64,000 nucleotides of DNA from the IMG/VR virus record IMGVR_UViG_3300037422_000298. One strand, given 5' to 3'. Of the stretch, positions 19,687 through 29,472 are shown in pieces. The stretch comes from a virus. Its lineage: Duplodnaviria > Caudoviricetes. How positions within the stretch are numbered: position 1 is the stretch's first letter; the number at the start of each line of letters is the position of its first letter. A program made the translations under genes and the position numbers. The notes below the pieces were generated by a model, which saw only the letters and a program-made list of their open reading frames with translations, was not told the DNA's origin and ran no database searches.

Positions 19687-20391
19687 TTAGCGGCGGCAGA
19701 GTCGAACTGCTGTGCGCTGACTACGCGTTGCACGTCGGACGAGCGCGCGCGCTTGCTGCACGAGGCTGTCTTCCATCGCTTGCTCACCTTGGACCGTTGC
19801 GACGGTGCCTTCGGCGATCGCATCGGTGTAGTGCTCGATCGAACCACAGCGGTTGCGCTTCGAGATGCGATCGGCCGTCTTGAGGATGTTCGACGCCGAA
19901 CGGTACCAGCCGCGCGACTCCTCAGCGTGCTCCTGTGGAGCCAGGCCGAGACCGCCGCGCCGAGCGCCCTTGACGACGGAGCCGACGACGACTGCGCCGA
20001 CGACCGTGCCGCCGATCGCGACCCACATCATCGGATTCTTGACGTCGAAGAACTTCTTCTTGATACCCGATGCTGTTGCTTGCTGCGGGAACTCCTTGGC
20101 GAGCGTGTCGATGTCGGCTTGCGGAAGACCCGCGGTACACGACGCGAACGAACCGGCGCCACGAAGACAGATGCGCGCGCTGTCGATGGTAGGCGCGGTC
20201 GTGAGTAGAGCCTCGACATCGGACTTCGCCGCTTGGTCGGGAAACTCTGTGCGAAGCTGATCGATATCGGGCTGAGGCAGTCCAGCTGTGCACGACGCGA
20301 ACGAACCGGCGCCGCGGATGCAGATACGCGCGCTGTCGATCGTCGGCGCTGGAATTTGCCCGAACCCGGTCGTGTAGTGGCTGATCAACAT
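19687..20391 (-). CDS. membrane-anchored virion protein family A
   Basis: MLISHYTTGFGQ leader; two ~41-aa Cys-pair repeats; KKFFDVKNPMMW+TM. Confidence 0.7.
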   Translation of the reverse strand: MLISHYTTGFGQIPAPTIDSARICIRGAGSFASCTAGLPQPDIDQLRTEFPDQAAKSDVEALLTTAPTIDSARICLRGAGSFASCTAGLPQADIDTLAKEFPQQATASGIKKKFFDVKNPMMWVAIGGTVVGAVVVGSVVKGARRGGLGLAPQEHAEESRGWYRSASNILKTADRISKRNRCGSIEHYTDAIAEGTVATVQGEQAMEDSLVQQARALVRRATRSQRTAVRLCRR

Positions 20392-20439
20392 AGGCTGACC
20401 CTATCATCGATCGCGTGCGCGATCGACCGTGTCGATTGG

Positions 20440-21447
20440 CTAACGGCGCGCACGTCGCCGACGTCGGCGTCCAACTGTGGCAGCGGGTGCGGCTGCAGCT
20501 GCAGGTGCCGCTGCTGCCGGTGCTGCGGCAGCGGCACCCGCCGCTCCACCTTTCACGAGTGCGCCAATGACGACGACACCGAGAATGCCGCCGCCGATCG
20601 CGACCCACATGACTGGGTTGTTGACGCGGAAGAACTTCTTCTTTTTGGCAGCCTCGGCGACAACTTTCTTGGCGGCCTCTTTCCCGGCGGCCTTCTGCTC
20701 GGGAACCGACTTGCCTTCTGCTTTGGCGACCGCGACAGCATTGTTGGCCGCGATGGCAGCGTCGCGCGCGACAGCAGGATCCTTGAGCAGCGAATCGTCG
20801 ACATCCTTGATGACGTCGTTGTCACGTTGAACTTCGGTGAGCGCTTCTTGAACGACCTCTTTGTTGTCGGGAGCGACGACTTCATCCAAGATCGTCGAGG
20901 CGCACCTGTGCGACGGATCGTCCCAAACGGTGCCGAATGGACAAACGCAGATGCCGCTGGTGTCGAGCGCCGCACCCGTCGATGGATCGATGTTCTGCCC
21001 CGTTGCGCATGCGACTGATGGCGGTTGCGGGACAGGCGTGGACGGCCCCGACTGTGTGAAGAACGCCTTGATCTTGTCGATGACGCTGTCTTCCTGCGCG
21101 GGTTGAGCTGGCGCGCCGCCAGTCAGAGCAATTGTTTCAGCAAGGGCTGTCGAGAGCGCGATGACAGTGTCTGCGTCGAACGCGAGCCCTTCTGCGGTCA
21201 GCTGACCGGTTGCGGCGCGGTTTAGGACAGGATTGACCTTTTGTCCGTTCTCTAACAGAAGATCGATCGCGCGGCGCGCAGCGATTGGAAGTTGCCCCAT
21301 CGTTTCGCTCGTCAACTGACCGTTGACGGTAACGTGGCTTAGTGGATCAGCGATGAACGCGTTGATGTTCTTCTGCAGAAGTGAAACCGTCTCGGCGGTC
21401 GGCGTGCTGAACTGCCCGAACGGCTGCACGTAGCTGATGCTCAACAT
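20440..21447 (-). CDS. membrane-anchored virion protein family A
   Basis: MLSISYVQPFGQ leader; KKFFRVNNPVMW+TM; poly-Arg tail. Confidence 0.7.
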   Translation of the reverse strand: MLSISYVQPFGQFSTPTAETVSLLQKNINAFIADPLSHVTVNGQLTSETMGQLPIAARRAIDLLLENGQKVNPVLNRAATGQLTAEGLAFDADTVIALSTALAETIALTGGAPAQPAQEDSVIDKIKAFFTQSGPSTPVPQPPSVACATGQNIDPSTGAALDTSGICVCPFGTVWDDPSHRCASTILDEVVAPDNKEVVQEALTEVQRDNDVIKDVDDSLLKDPAVARDAAIAANNAVAVAKAEGKSVPEQKAAGKEAAKKVVAEAAKKKKFFRVNNPVMWVAIGGGILGVVVIGALVKGGAAGAAAAAPAAAAPAAAAAPAATVGRRRRRRARR

Positions 21448-21489
21448 GCCACGACCCTATCACCGATCGCGTGCGCGATCGAGTTACGC

Positions 21490-21888
21490 CTATCGTCGCC
21501 GCGATCGGCGACTCATCGTCGACGCGCGCGCTGCATTTGCTGAACTCTTGAGCATCGAACCGAGGACGGTGACACCGACGACAGCGCCACCAATCGCGAT
21601 CCACATCATCGGGTTTTTGACGTCGAAGAACTTTTTGGGAGTGACGCTCGGTGTCGTGTCCGTGTTGACGGTCGGAGCGTCAGCTGGCTGCGGGACGGTG
21701 GGGGCAGCAGCTTGTTGCGGAAATTCCTTGGCGAGCTGATCGATGTCGGCTTGCGGTAACCGTGCTGTGCACGTCTTGAACGACGTGCCGAGTCGAAGAC
21801 AGTCACGTGACGTCTCGATGTTGGGCGCGTCAACTTCGAATTCGATCTCGTTTTGACCGAAATTTGACGTGAACGCGATTGCCAACAT
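21490..21888 (-). CDS. membrane-anchored virion protein family A
   Basis: MLAIAFTSNFGQ leader; one copy of Cys-pair repeat; KKFFDVKNPMMW+TM. Confidence 0.7.
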   Translation of the reverse strand: MLAIAFTSNFGQNEIEFEVDAPNIETSRDCLRLGTSFKTCTARLPQADIDQLAKEFPQQAAAPTVPQPADAPTVNTDTTPSVTPKKFFDVKNPMMWIAIGGAVVGVTVLGSMLKSSANAARASTMSRRSRRR

Positions 21889-21893
21889 GATTT

Positions 21894-22199
21894 CTACCGG
21901 CGACGGCGTTTCGTACGCCGTCCGGCAATCGGCGGCGTTGGATGGTCTGGATCACCGACGCTTTCGATCGAACACGCGACGTATTCGCGGCCTGTCGAAC
22001 TTTTTCCTTGGCTGCACTGATACATCGGAATCCGTCCGCCCTCACACTCCAGATCGACGAGCGCGAGCCACTTGCCGGGGCCGCTTGCGATGCTGCGAGC
22101 GTCACGTGCAGCTGCAGACCAGCCGCTACGACTCAACGGGTGCGTCCGGTTGTTACCTTGGACGGTTCCGACGAGGATTTTGCACTTTGCTGCTGCCAC
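21894..22199 (-). CDS. small Cys-containing basic protein (GTG start inferred)
   Basis: Ends IAGRRTKRRRR. Confidence 0.5.
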   Translation of the reverse strand: MAAAKCKILVGTVQGNNRTHPLSRSGWSAAARDARSIASGPGKWLALVDLECEGGRIPMYQCSQGKSSTGREYVACSIESVGDPDHPTPPIAGRRTKRRRR

Positions 22200-22200
22200 G

Positions 22201-22389
22201 TCACTTCCTTCTGCGCTTCGCGCGACGACCTGCAACGGTCGAGCGTGTACGTGGAATGATCTGCAGGTAACGCTCGCGGCGTGCATAGCGCTTCGCGGCT
22301 TTCTTCGTCTTGAAGCACGTCACGAGCCGCGCAGGTGTCTGACCCGGCGGGACGGTGTACACACAGAATTCTTTCTTGGCTTGCGGCAT
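22201..22389 (-). CDS. small basic protein
   Basis: MPQAKKEFC..., ends VAGRRAKRRRK. Confidence 0.5.
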   Translation of the reverse strand: MPQAKKEFCVYTVPPGQTPARLVTCFKTKKAAKRYARRERYLQIIPRTRSTVAGRRAKRRRK

Positions 22390-22403
22390 TTCGCTTTCAC
22401 AGC

Positions 22404-23204
22404 TCAGGCAACAAAATCCATGTGCTTGGCATACGGCGCTTCGCGACCGAACATGCTGCCGGGCAGCGTCGTATCGAGCGGTACCCATCGCGACGGACGT
22501 GTCTTCGGGAGACCGGCCATGCCGTAGATGTGCGCCCAGTCGCTGCTCTTCGTCGGTGCCGTGATGCGAAACTTCGCCGGGATACCGTTGAGCGTGAGGA
22601 GCGTCGTCGACACGATCGTATGCCCGTCGCAGTCTTCACCACCGAATTCGACGGTGCGCCAAGGCGCTTGGAACAAGTCGACACCCTCGACGTCGCCGCC
22701 GGGCATCTTCACGGGCGCGACGTCACCCGTATAGCGGATGTTGTTCTTCGTCCAGTTGTAGACGGCTTCGCTCTCGCAGAGTCCATCGCGTGCAGGACAG
22801 TTCGCGCCCTTCACACGGAACTTGCGTTTGCCAACCGTGACGTCGCGGGTACCGTTGCCAGTGATTGCGAGCGCCAGCTCGCGCATCTGTGGATTCTGGA
22901 CGCCCTTCCATACGAGGTCTTGCAGGATGCCGACGCGCTGCTCGATTGGCATCTCTGGATCGTAGTGGTGTGTGAGCGTCATGCCGCCCTGTTTCACGCG
23001 CGCCTGCACACGGCCGAGCGTGTCGCGCAGCGTAGCGGTCCGGCGTCGAGCAGCGATCCCGTATGCGATCGCTCCTCCGATCACAGCGATCCCGCCAGCG
23101 ATCATCGCGGCGATAGCGATCTTCTCGCTGTTGGTCGTCGTGAGACCGTCGGTGGCGGCGAGCGCTCCGTTGGTGCGCCTACGCGCGAGCGCGCTACTGA
23201 TCAT
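22404..23204 (-). CDS. membrane-anchored transglutaminase-like cysteine enzyme (protease or cross-linker)
   Basis: N-terminal TM; YNW.KNNIRY..D, GEDCDG (Cys), WAHIY (His), WVPLDTT (Asp). Confidence 0.8.
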   Translation of the reverse strand: MISSALARRRTNGALAATDGLTTTNSEKIAIAAMIAGGIAVIGGAIAYGIAARRRTATLRDTLGRVQARVKQGGMTLTHHYDPEMPIEQRVGILQDLVWKGVQNPQMRELALAITGNGTRDVTVGKRKFRVKGANCPARDGLCESEAVYNWTKNNIRYTGDVAPVKMPGGDVEGVDLFQAPWRTVEFGGEDCDGHTIVSTTLLTLNGIPAKFRITAPTKSSDWAHIYGMAGLPKTRPSRWVPLDTTLPGSMFGREAPYAKHMDFVA

Positions 23205-23208
23205 GCGC

Positions 23209-23766
23209 TCAAGCTATCACAGCTTGAGGAGAATCGGGTAGCGCGTGAATGATCGCGGACGCGATCGATGCATTGGATCGTAGGTATGTAAGGGCTCGGC
23301 ATAACAGCCCAGGATCGTCCTGGAAGAGCCCAAGCCCTGTGTTGCACGTGTTGCAAAGCAGGCCGCGGACCTGCCTCGTAGCGTGATCATGATCGACGTT
23401 TAGCGGGCTCCGCTTGCCTTCATCGACGAGAAGCGTCCGCTGACAGATCGCGCAACAATTCTGCTGGAAGTCAGCGAGACGTAGAAGTTCCACAGCAGTG
23501 ATGCTGTACCGCTGTTTGAACATGTACACGTTCATCGGGCCGAAACGTTTTCGCGTCTCGACGTTTGCAGCACGGAGCTTGCGCGCTTGTTGGCTTCGAG
23601 CTTGCCGCTCCTTTTTGGAAAGCGGTTTCTGTTGCCGTCGACGCTCTTGACGGTAGGTCGTGGAGCAGCTTCGGCACCAAACGAAGAGCCGATCTGGTCG
23701 GTGCTGATCTGGGCCGAACTGATCAAGCGGCTTCTCCTGTCTACACTTGAGGCACTGTTTGCGCAC
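23209..23766 (-). CDS. endonuclease VII-like homing endonuclease
   Basis: CAICQ...LNVDHDH.T.QVRGLLCNTCNTGLG.F.DDP..L.RA..YL. Confidence 0.85.
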   Translation of the reverse strand: MRKQCLKCRQEKPLDQFGPDQHRPDRLFVWCRSCSTTYRQERRRQQKPLSKKERQARSQQARKLRAANVETRKRFGPMNVYMFKQRYSITAVELLRLADFQQNCCAICQRTLLVDEGKRSPLNVDHDHATRQVRGLLCNTCNTGLGLFQDDPGLLCRALTYLRSNASIASAIIHALPDSPQAVIA

Positions 23767-23859
23767 GCATCTAGCATCGCATGTTCATTTGACAACGCGC
23801 GCATCCGACGGGTAGCTTGAAAGTGTCGAGATCGCGCGCGCGATCGACGTGGAGCCCAC

Positions 23860-24852
23860 ATGCTTTTCTCACAGTTGAACGGTCGAGAGCGGCCTGTCAC
23901 CGACTCGTCCGAGGTTGACGTACTGCAGAACGTGGCATGTGGGATCGGCCCGGCAGTCGATGGAGTTCGCGCGCCGCAAGTTCTGCCGCAAGCAATGGGC
24001 GCGTTCGTGACAGCGGGTGCGCAAGGTGCCTGCGCGGGACGCGGCCAGCAGCAAGAACAACACACATCGACGACGACAATAGGTTTGGGGCAGACAGTGA
24101 CGTTGGCCCCGACGGACACGACAACGCCGCCTCCAGCCCCCACGACGCCGGGAACGGGAAGATTCTCGATCATCAAAGCGTCGTCGATCCTTCCTACACT
24201 CCAACCTGCTGTGGCGATCGAACCGTCACGGACGGACGTGCCGTTGCAACCGCCGACGACAACGACACCGACGACGCCGACGACCGGCATGCACCCACCC
24301 GGGACAATCACGGCGTTCAGTCCCAAGCTCAACATGTGGCGCGTGGCGTTTCCGATCGGCGCGCAACCCGTAACGCCCGTGACGCCCACGGCAGGACTCG
24401 CAGGCGCGCTTGGGTTGGGTCAAACAACGCACGTCGAGCAGCCGCCGCAGCCTGCACCTGATCCGGCCGACACGCAGGTCAGTGAAACGGAGCTGCAGAA
24501 AAAGACCGGGCAGTTGCCGATCTACAAGAACCCGCTGTTCTGGGCAGCGATCGCGGGCGGCGTCGTCGTTCTCGGTGGCGGCTTCTACTTCATCCGTCGT
24601 CGACGTCGTGCTCCTGCGGCAGCTGCACCTGCGCCTGCCGCTACGCCCGCTTCAGGTTTCGGTATGACCAAGGCCGAAGCCGTGCAGCAGTTCAACGATC
24701 TCTATCCACCAAAGACCTTTCGCCGATCCAGCGGCTACATCGATCGCCCGATGCGTAGAGAAGCCTGGAACAACTTCACCGATATGCTCGCAAAGGACCG
24801 CCAGATCACGATGAAGCAGTACAACGAGTGGACGCATCCCTGGCGGGACTGA
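23860..24852 (+). CDS. membrane-anchored virion protein family B
   Basis: PPGTITAF...WRVAFP module; SETELQKKTGQLPIYKNPLFW+TM+RRRRR. Confidence 0.7.
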   Translation: MLFSQLNGRERPVTDSSEVDVLQNVACGIGPAVDGVRAPQVLPQAMGAFVTAGAQGACAGRGQQQEQHTSTTTIGLGQTVTLAPTDTTTPPPAPTTPGTGRFSIIKASSILPTLQPAVAIEPSRTDVPLQPPTTTTPTTPTTGMHPPGTITAFSPKLNMWRVAFPIGAQPVTPVTPTAGLAGALGLGQTTHVEQPPQPAPDPADTQVSETELQKKTGQLPIYKNPLFWAAIAGGVVVLGGGFYFIRRRRRAPAAAAPAPAATPASGFGMTKAEAVQQFNDLYPPKTFRRSSGYIDRPMRREAWNNFTDMLAKDRQITMKQYNEWTHPWRD

Positions 24853-24858
24853 CGCGAC

Positions 24859-26775
24859 ATGATTCTCACGCACTACGATAGCGGTGGCTTGCTCGGCGGT
24901 GTGACGGCCGTCGGCGGCACCGTCGGCGTGAAACAACTACAAGAGCAGCTTCGTCGCATCGCGTACGTCACTCAGAAAACGAAGCTCGATCCCGCGCAGT
25001 ACGACGGGAAGATGACGCTCTCGACGATCATCGCGCTCGCGAATGCGGCACCAGTGGTCGGGACAGCGATTCACCCGATTGTTGGCGAAGCTCTCAATGT
25101 CGTCGGACTGATCAAGGCGCCGATCAAAAAGATTCCGTACGGCGATACGGTGATCGAGTTCGTCCTGTCACCGTGGATCATCGATCAGATCTACGACGCG
25201 ATCTTGGGCATCATTCGGGTGATTCCCGGCGGCAGCGGTCCAGCGTCGGCGATCGACAAAGCAGTCAAGGCCGTCAAGGAGGCGCTCGCGAGCGCTGCAG
25301 CACCGATCGCGGCAGCGCTCGTAGCTTTTCGCCCGAAGTCGAGCGGCTTTTTTGGCGTCGAGACGGGCTTCGTGTACTCGGGCGGCTTCGGTATCGCTAC
25401 GACACTGAACACGGTGGCGATCCAAGCCGTCGCGATCCCGTCGATCGCGACAGCAGTTCCTGACTCGAACAAAGGACCGAACCCGCCTCCGGGATACACG
25501 TGGGTCGACAATCCGCCTGTACCTGGTCACTGGGAGCGCGTACGCGTCGGTCAAACGCCGATGCCCGGACCTGGAACCGCGACGGTCGTGATCCGTGAAC
25601 ATCCGCCGGGCGCGCCGAACGTTGTTTTCAACGCGCCAAAACCGTTGCCGCCACCGGTACCGGGCCAGCCGGGCGTCATTCGCAGCCATCAAGAGTGGCC
25701 CAAAGGCAAAGAGATCGTCTCTGCAGACTGGGGCAAATCGAAGACGTATTACGGTCGCGCGCTCAAGGAGAATCTCGCGAAGCGTGATCGCGACATGTGG
25801 GAGAAGTACAAAAACAACAGTGCGGCCTCGATCGGCAAACCAGAGATTAGTGTCCGCAACGGCGTGATCGCGTTCTTGGTCTTTCAGGGTTTCGACAAGT
25901 CACGTATGGGCGCGTTCTGGGACGAGCGCACGCAGATGCTCAAGATCACCCCAGTGCCCGCACCGTCATCGTCAGGGCCGCTAGATTTCGTTTCGGATGC
26001 GGTGTCGAGCGCAGCTGACGCTATCAGTGACGCCGTCGGCGCTGCGGCTGGTGCGATTTCCGAGATTGCCCAAGACACATGGAACTGGATCGCCGAAAAC
26101 GCCGATGACGTTTATGCAGCGATCAAGAAGTACGGCTGCGTGCTCGTCAACAATGACATCGTGGTCGCGGCTACAGCTGCTGGAGCAGGTGTGGTTGCGT
26201 CACCCGCCGCAAGCGCGGCTGTGATCACAGGCGCGCAAGCAGGTAAGGCAGCCTGTGCAGTTCTTGAAGTCGCCGAGGCACTCTACGCTATCTACAAGCT
26301 GCTCTCGATGGAGTTTCCGAAGCCGCCGCCGTTGACTACGCCGACTCCACCATTGAAGATCGCCGACAAATTCATCGGCAAGCTCGGATTCTTCCGGCCG
26401 TTACTGCAACTCAAACCTGACGTCCCGCTTGCGAAGTCGCGTTACCCAGACGGTGCGATCGCGGCATTCGATGAGAAGATCCAGCGCTACCGAATCGCGA
26501 TTCCGGTCGGGACGAAGTTCGTGCCGCTGTCCACGACGCCAGGTTTTGGTGACGCTACGCCATTCGGTGCTGACGCTTCGCATTTCGAGGTTGATCAAGC
26601 GGACAAGGCGCCGATCAAAGTGCCGGTGGTGCCGTTGACGGTGTTCCAGCATCAGACCGATACGTTGCCGATCACCAAAAATCCGTTGTTCTGGACCGCG
26701 ATCGGTGTTGGTGTTGTGGCTGTTGGTGGCGCGAGTTACGCGCTCTACCGGCATCGGCGACGTTTGACAAGGTAG
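24859..26775 (+). CDS. membrane-anchored virion protein family B (638 aa)
   Basis: YPDGAIAAF...YRIAIP; LPITKNPLFW+TM+RHRRR. Confidence 0.7.
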   Translation: MILTHYDSGGLLGGVTAVGGTVGVKQLQEQLRRIAYVTQKTKLDPAQYDGKMTLSTIIALANAAPVVGTAIHPIVGEALNVVGLIKAPIKKIPYGDTVIEFVLSPWIIDQIYDAILGIIRVIPGGSGPASAIDKAVKAVKEALASAAAPIAAALVAFRPKSSGFFGVETGFVYSGGFGIATTLNTVAIQAVAIPSIATAVPDSNKGPNPPPGYTWVDNPPVPGHWERVRVGQTPMPGPGTATVVIREHPPGAPNVVFNAPKPLPPPVPGQPGVIRSHQEWPKGKEIVSADWGKSKTYYGRALKENLAKRDRDMWEKYKNNSAASIGKPEISVRNGVIAFLVFQGFDKSRMGAFWDERTQMLKITPVPAPSSSGPLDFVSDAVSSAADAISDAVGAAAGAISEIAQDTWNWIAENADDVYAAIKKYGCVLVNNDIVVAATAAGAGVVASPAASAAVITGAQAGKAACAVLEVAEALYAIYKLLSMEFPKPPPLTTPTPPLKIADKFIGKLGFFRPLLQLKPDVPLAKSRYPDGAIAAFDEKIQRYRIAIPVGTKFVPLSTTPGFGDATPFGADASHFEVDQADKAPIKVPVVPLTVFQHQTDTLPITKNPLFWTAIGVGVVAVGGASYALYRHRRRLTR

Positions 26776-26839
26776 CAGCTGACCGCGTAGCTTGAAGGTG
26801 TCAAGATCGCGCGCGCGATCGACCCAAGGAGCACTGCGG

Positions 26840-27937
26840 ATGCTGACCACTCAGTTCTATGGACCGTCGAGCGCATCCGGCTTCTACGGTGCTTCCGGTT
26901 TCTACGGAGCACACCTCTCCGGTGCAAGTTTCTACGGCTTCCACGACTACTACAACGCAGGCTTTGGCGCGATCCAATCGACGCCTGCGACGGCCGCGCT
27001 GCAGAAGTACTTGGTGAGCGTCAAGAAGCTCCCGGCCGACAAGGCTACGGGCGTGATGAACGACGCCACGATGGCGGTGATCTTCAATCTGCTGATCCAA
27101 GCCGCCGATACGGTCGCCAAAATCCCACTGCTGCCGCAGGACGTTCGCGACGGCATCAACACAGTCGTCACCGCGCTCAAGGACGCCGACAAGAAGATCC
27201 GAGACGTCACGTTCGGCCAAGCATCACTCTCGACGGTGATCAGTCAGTTCACGAACATCCAGGCGATCGTGCGCCAAGCAGGCAACGCGATCTCGTCGGG
27301 TGCTGGTGACACTGCTGCTGACGCCATGTTGAAGGCACGCGACGCAGTCTACAACGCGGTCGCAGGCAAAGCGGCGCTCATCCAGAAGGCGATCCCGATT
27401 CTCATTCCGGGGCTGAAACCGGCTGCGACGACAGGGTTCACGATTCGGCCAGACATCACAAAGATGATCATCGGGTCGAAGTTTGTCGCGACGACAACCA
27501 AGCCAGCTGCGAGCGCGGTCAAACCCGGCACGATCTACGCGCTCAGCAAGAAGCTCACGAAGGCAGCAGGTGGTCAACCGCGATATCGCATCGCAGTCCC
27601 GCGCGGCGCTGGTTCTGGATTTGGGGGCATCGGCGTCATGGAAGACGGCGTGCTCGGGAGCTGCATCTTCGGTGACTGCGGTCTCGGTCAGGTAGCACCG
27701 CTCGTCGAGAGCACGCCGCCCGGCGGGGCAGTAACACCGCCAGCGACACCTGGTCGATCGGTCACCGAGACCGAGTTGGAGAAGCAGACTGGAACGCTAC
27801 CGTTCTTCAAAAAGCCGCTGTTCTGGGTAGCAGTCGTCGGCGGTGTCGCTGTTGCAGGTGGCGGTTACTACTATGTGCGCCGTCGCAAGAGCGCTGCACC
27901 TGCTGCCGCAGCAGCACCAGCAAAGGCGGCATACTGA
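26840..27937 (+). CDS. membrane-anchored virion protein family B
   Basis: MLTTQFYG with repeated ASGFYG; PGTIYA...YRIAVP; TETELEKQTGTLPFFKKPLFW+TM. Confidence 0.7.
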   Translation: MLTTQFYGPSSASGFYGASGFYGAHLSGASFYGFHDYYNAGFGAIQSTPATAALQKYLVSVKKLPADKATGVMNDATMAVIFNLLIQAADTVAKIPLLPQDVRDGINTVVTALKDADKKIRDVTFGQASLSTVISQFTNIQAIVRQAGNAISSGAGDTAADAMLKARDAVYNAVAGKAALIQKAIPILIPGLKPAATTGFTIRPDITKMIIGSKFVATTTKPAASAVKPGTIYALSKKLTKAAGGQPRYRIAVPRGAGSGFGGIGVMEDGVLGSCIFGDCGLGQVAPLVESTPPGGAVTPPATPGRSVTETELEKQTGTLPFFKKPLFWVAVVGGVAVAGGGYYYVRRRKSAAPAAAAAPAKAAY

Positions 27938-29448
27938 TGCTGGCGCAGATGTTCACACCGGCTACGGTTTCGACGCAGGCACCGTCGACGCCGGGGACGG
28001 TGCCGGGGACGACGCCGCCATCAACGCCCTCAACACCGCCGCCGTCACACGGGTCTGCCTTCACGGCAATGCCAGGTGTGTTCACAAAGCTACCTGCACC
28101 ATCGGCACCGCCAGCGCTCACGTTCGTATGTACGCGCAGTGCGTGCACGAGCACCCACGCAGCAACAGATCTCGCGTTTCGTACGCTGCAGACGCTGATC
28201 AACATGGCCAGCGAGAAGATCGGAAGGTCGGTCTTCGGCGTCAATGTCAGCAGGGTCGTGATTCCCGTCGACGGACGAATCACTGCGGCGACGCTTCAAG
28301 CGTATCTGCCGATCTCGCGCGCTATCGGTGGAAGACTCGCGATCTTCGACTTCACGCCCGATACCAAGTACCTCGCTACGAACGCGCAGATCTTCGCGTA
28401 CGAGATCGCAAAGTACCTCGGCGTCACGTGGGTCGAGAAGACCGCAACGGTCGCAGGTCACTGGGCGCGTCTGCCCGCAGGACAATCGCCCCGGTTGCCG
28501 ACGCTGCCGACGGCATCATCGCGTCCGATGCCACTGCCATTGCCAACACCGGCTACGCCCACGGCGCCACCTCCACTCTGTCCGATGTCGTGGATGATTC
28601 CGACGTCAGCAGGATGTCTCTATCCGATCGGGACGATCGCGACGTACAGCGCGTCACGCGGAAAGTGGCGCATCGCCGTGACGCTCGAAGCGCTCCAGAA
28701 CATTCCCCAGCAGATCATGACGGCGCCTCCTCCACCGCCGCCATCACCGCTGATCACGAGCGCAGCTGGTCGCGCGAGCTTCGGTTGGGCGTTTCACGGC
28801 GCGACACACCAGGCAGTAGCTGAATCGGATCAGCCGCCGCAAGGCGTGCAGCAGGTCGATGAAGTCACGTTTGCTACGGCGGTCGGTGAACCGGTCACGC
28901 AACAGCCCGTGCCGCAGCCGCAACCGCCACAGCCGCAGCCTCCACAAGCGGAGCCGTCACGCGTCGACGTGGGACCGACGACAGTGGGGCCGACGGCACC
29001 TGGACCAACGACGGTCGAACCGACGGTGATCCAGCCGGTGATCCAGCCGGTGATCCAACCAACTGTGCCGAAGCAGCGCTACGCGGGATGCATCGCGCGC
29101 TTCAACAAGACACGCCGCGTGTTCTCGATCTACTGCCCTATCGGTACAGCAACGGCAACGCCGGGTCTCGGTGTTGCAGACGAAGAGGGGTTTCGTTGCC
29201 TCTACGGCAACTGCTACGGGCTCGGCGCCGATCCTGTCACGCCCCCAGTTCCAGCAGGCTTCACCAAGGTCGCCGAAACGACTTCGCTGCCTGGTGCAGG
29301 TGAAACGCCTGCGGGTGAAGAGAAAGACAAGTTCTTCCGTGCGAACAATCCACTCATGTGGTTTTTGTTCGTGGGTACTGCTGCGGCCGTCGGCGGCGGT
29401 AGTTACTGGCTCATTCGTCGACGACGGGCAGCCAAGGCGGCCTGGTAA
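27937..29448 (+). CDS. Pro-rich membrane-anchored virion protein family B
   Basis: Two copies of the Y.GTIA..WRIA module; KFFRANNPLMW+TM+RRRR. Confidence 0.7.
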   Translation: MLAQMFTPATVSTQAPSTPGTVPGTTPPSTPSTPPPSHGSAFTAMPGVFTKLPAPSAPPALTFVCTRSACTSTHAATDLAFRTLQTLINMASEKIGRSVFGVNVSRVVIPVDGRITAATLQAYLPISRAIGGRLAIFDFTPDTKYLATNAQIFAYEIAKYLGVTWVEKTATVAGHWARLPAGQSPRLPTLPTASSRPMPLPLPTPATPTAPPPLCPMSWMIPTSAGCLYPIGTIATYSASRGKWRIAVTLEALQNIPQQIMTAPPPPPPSPLITSAAGRASFGWAFHGATHQAVAESDQPPQGVQQVDEVTFATAVGEPVTQQPVPQPQPPQPQPPQAEPSRVDVGPTTVGPTAPGPTTVEPTVIQPVIQPVIQPTVPKQRYAGCIARFNKTRRVFSIYCPIGTATATPGLGVADEEGFRCLYGNCYGLGADPVTPPVPAGFTKVAETTSLPGAGETPAGEEKDKFFRANNPLMWFLFVGTAAAVGGGSYWLIRRRRAAKAAW

Positions 29449-29472
29449 CACCACAACCAAGGATCGTTGACC

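Noticed and set aside
19687-21888. Repeats as template/variable repeats of a diversity-generating retroelement
   Set aside because: No reverse transcriptase seen and the differences look like ordinary coding divergence, not adenine-specific changes
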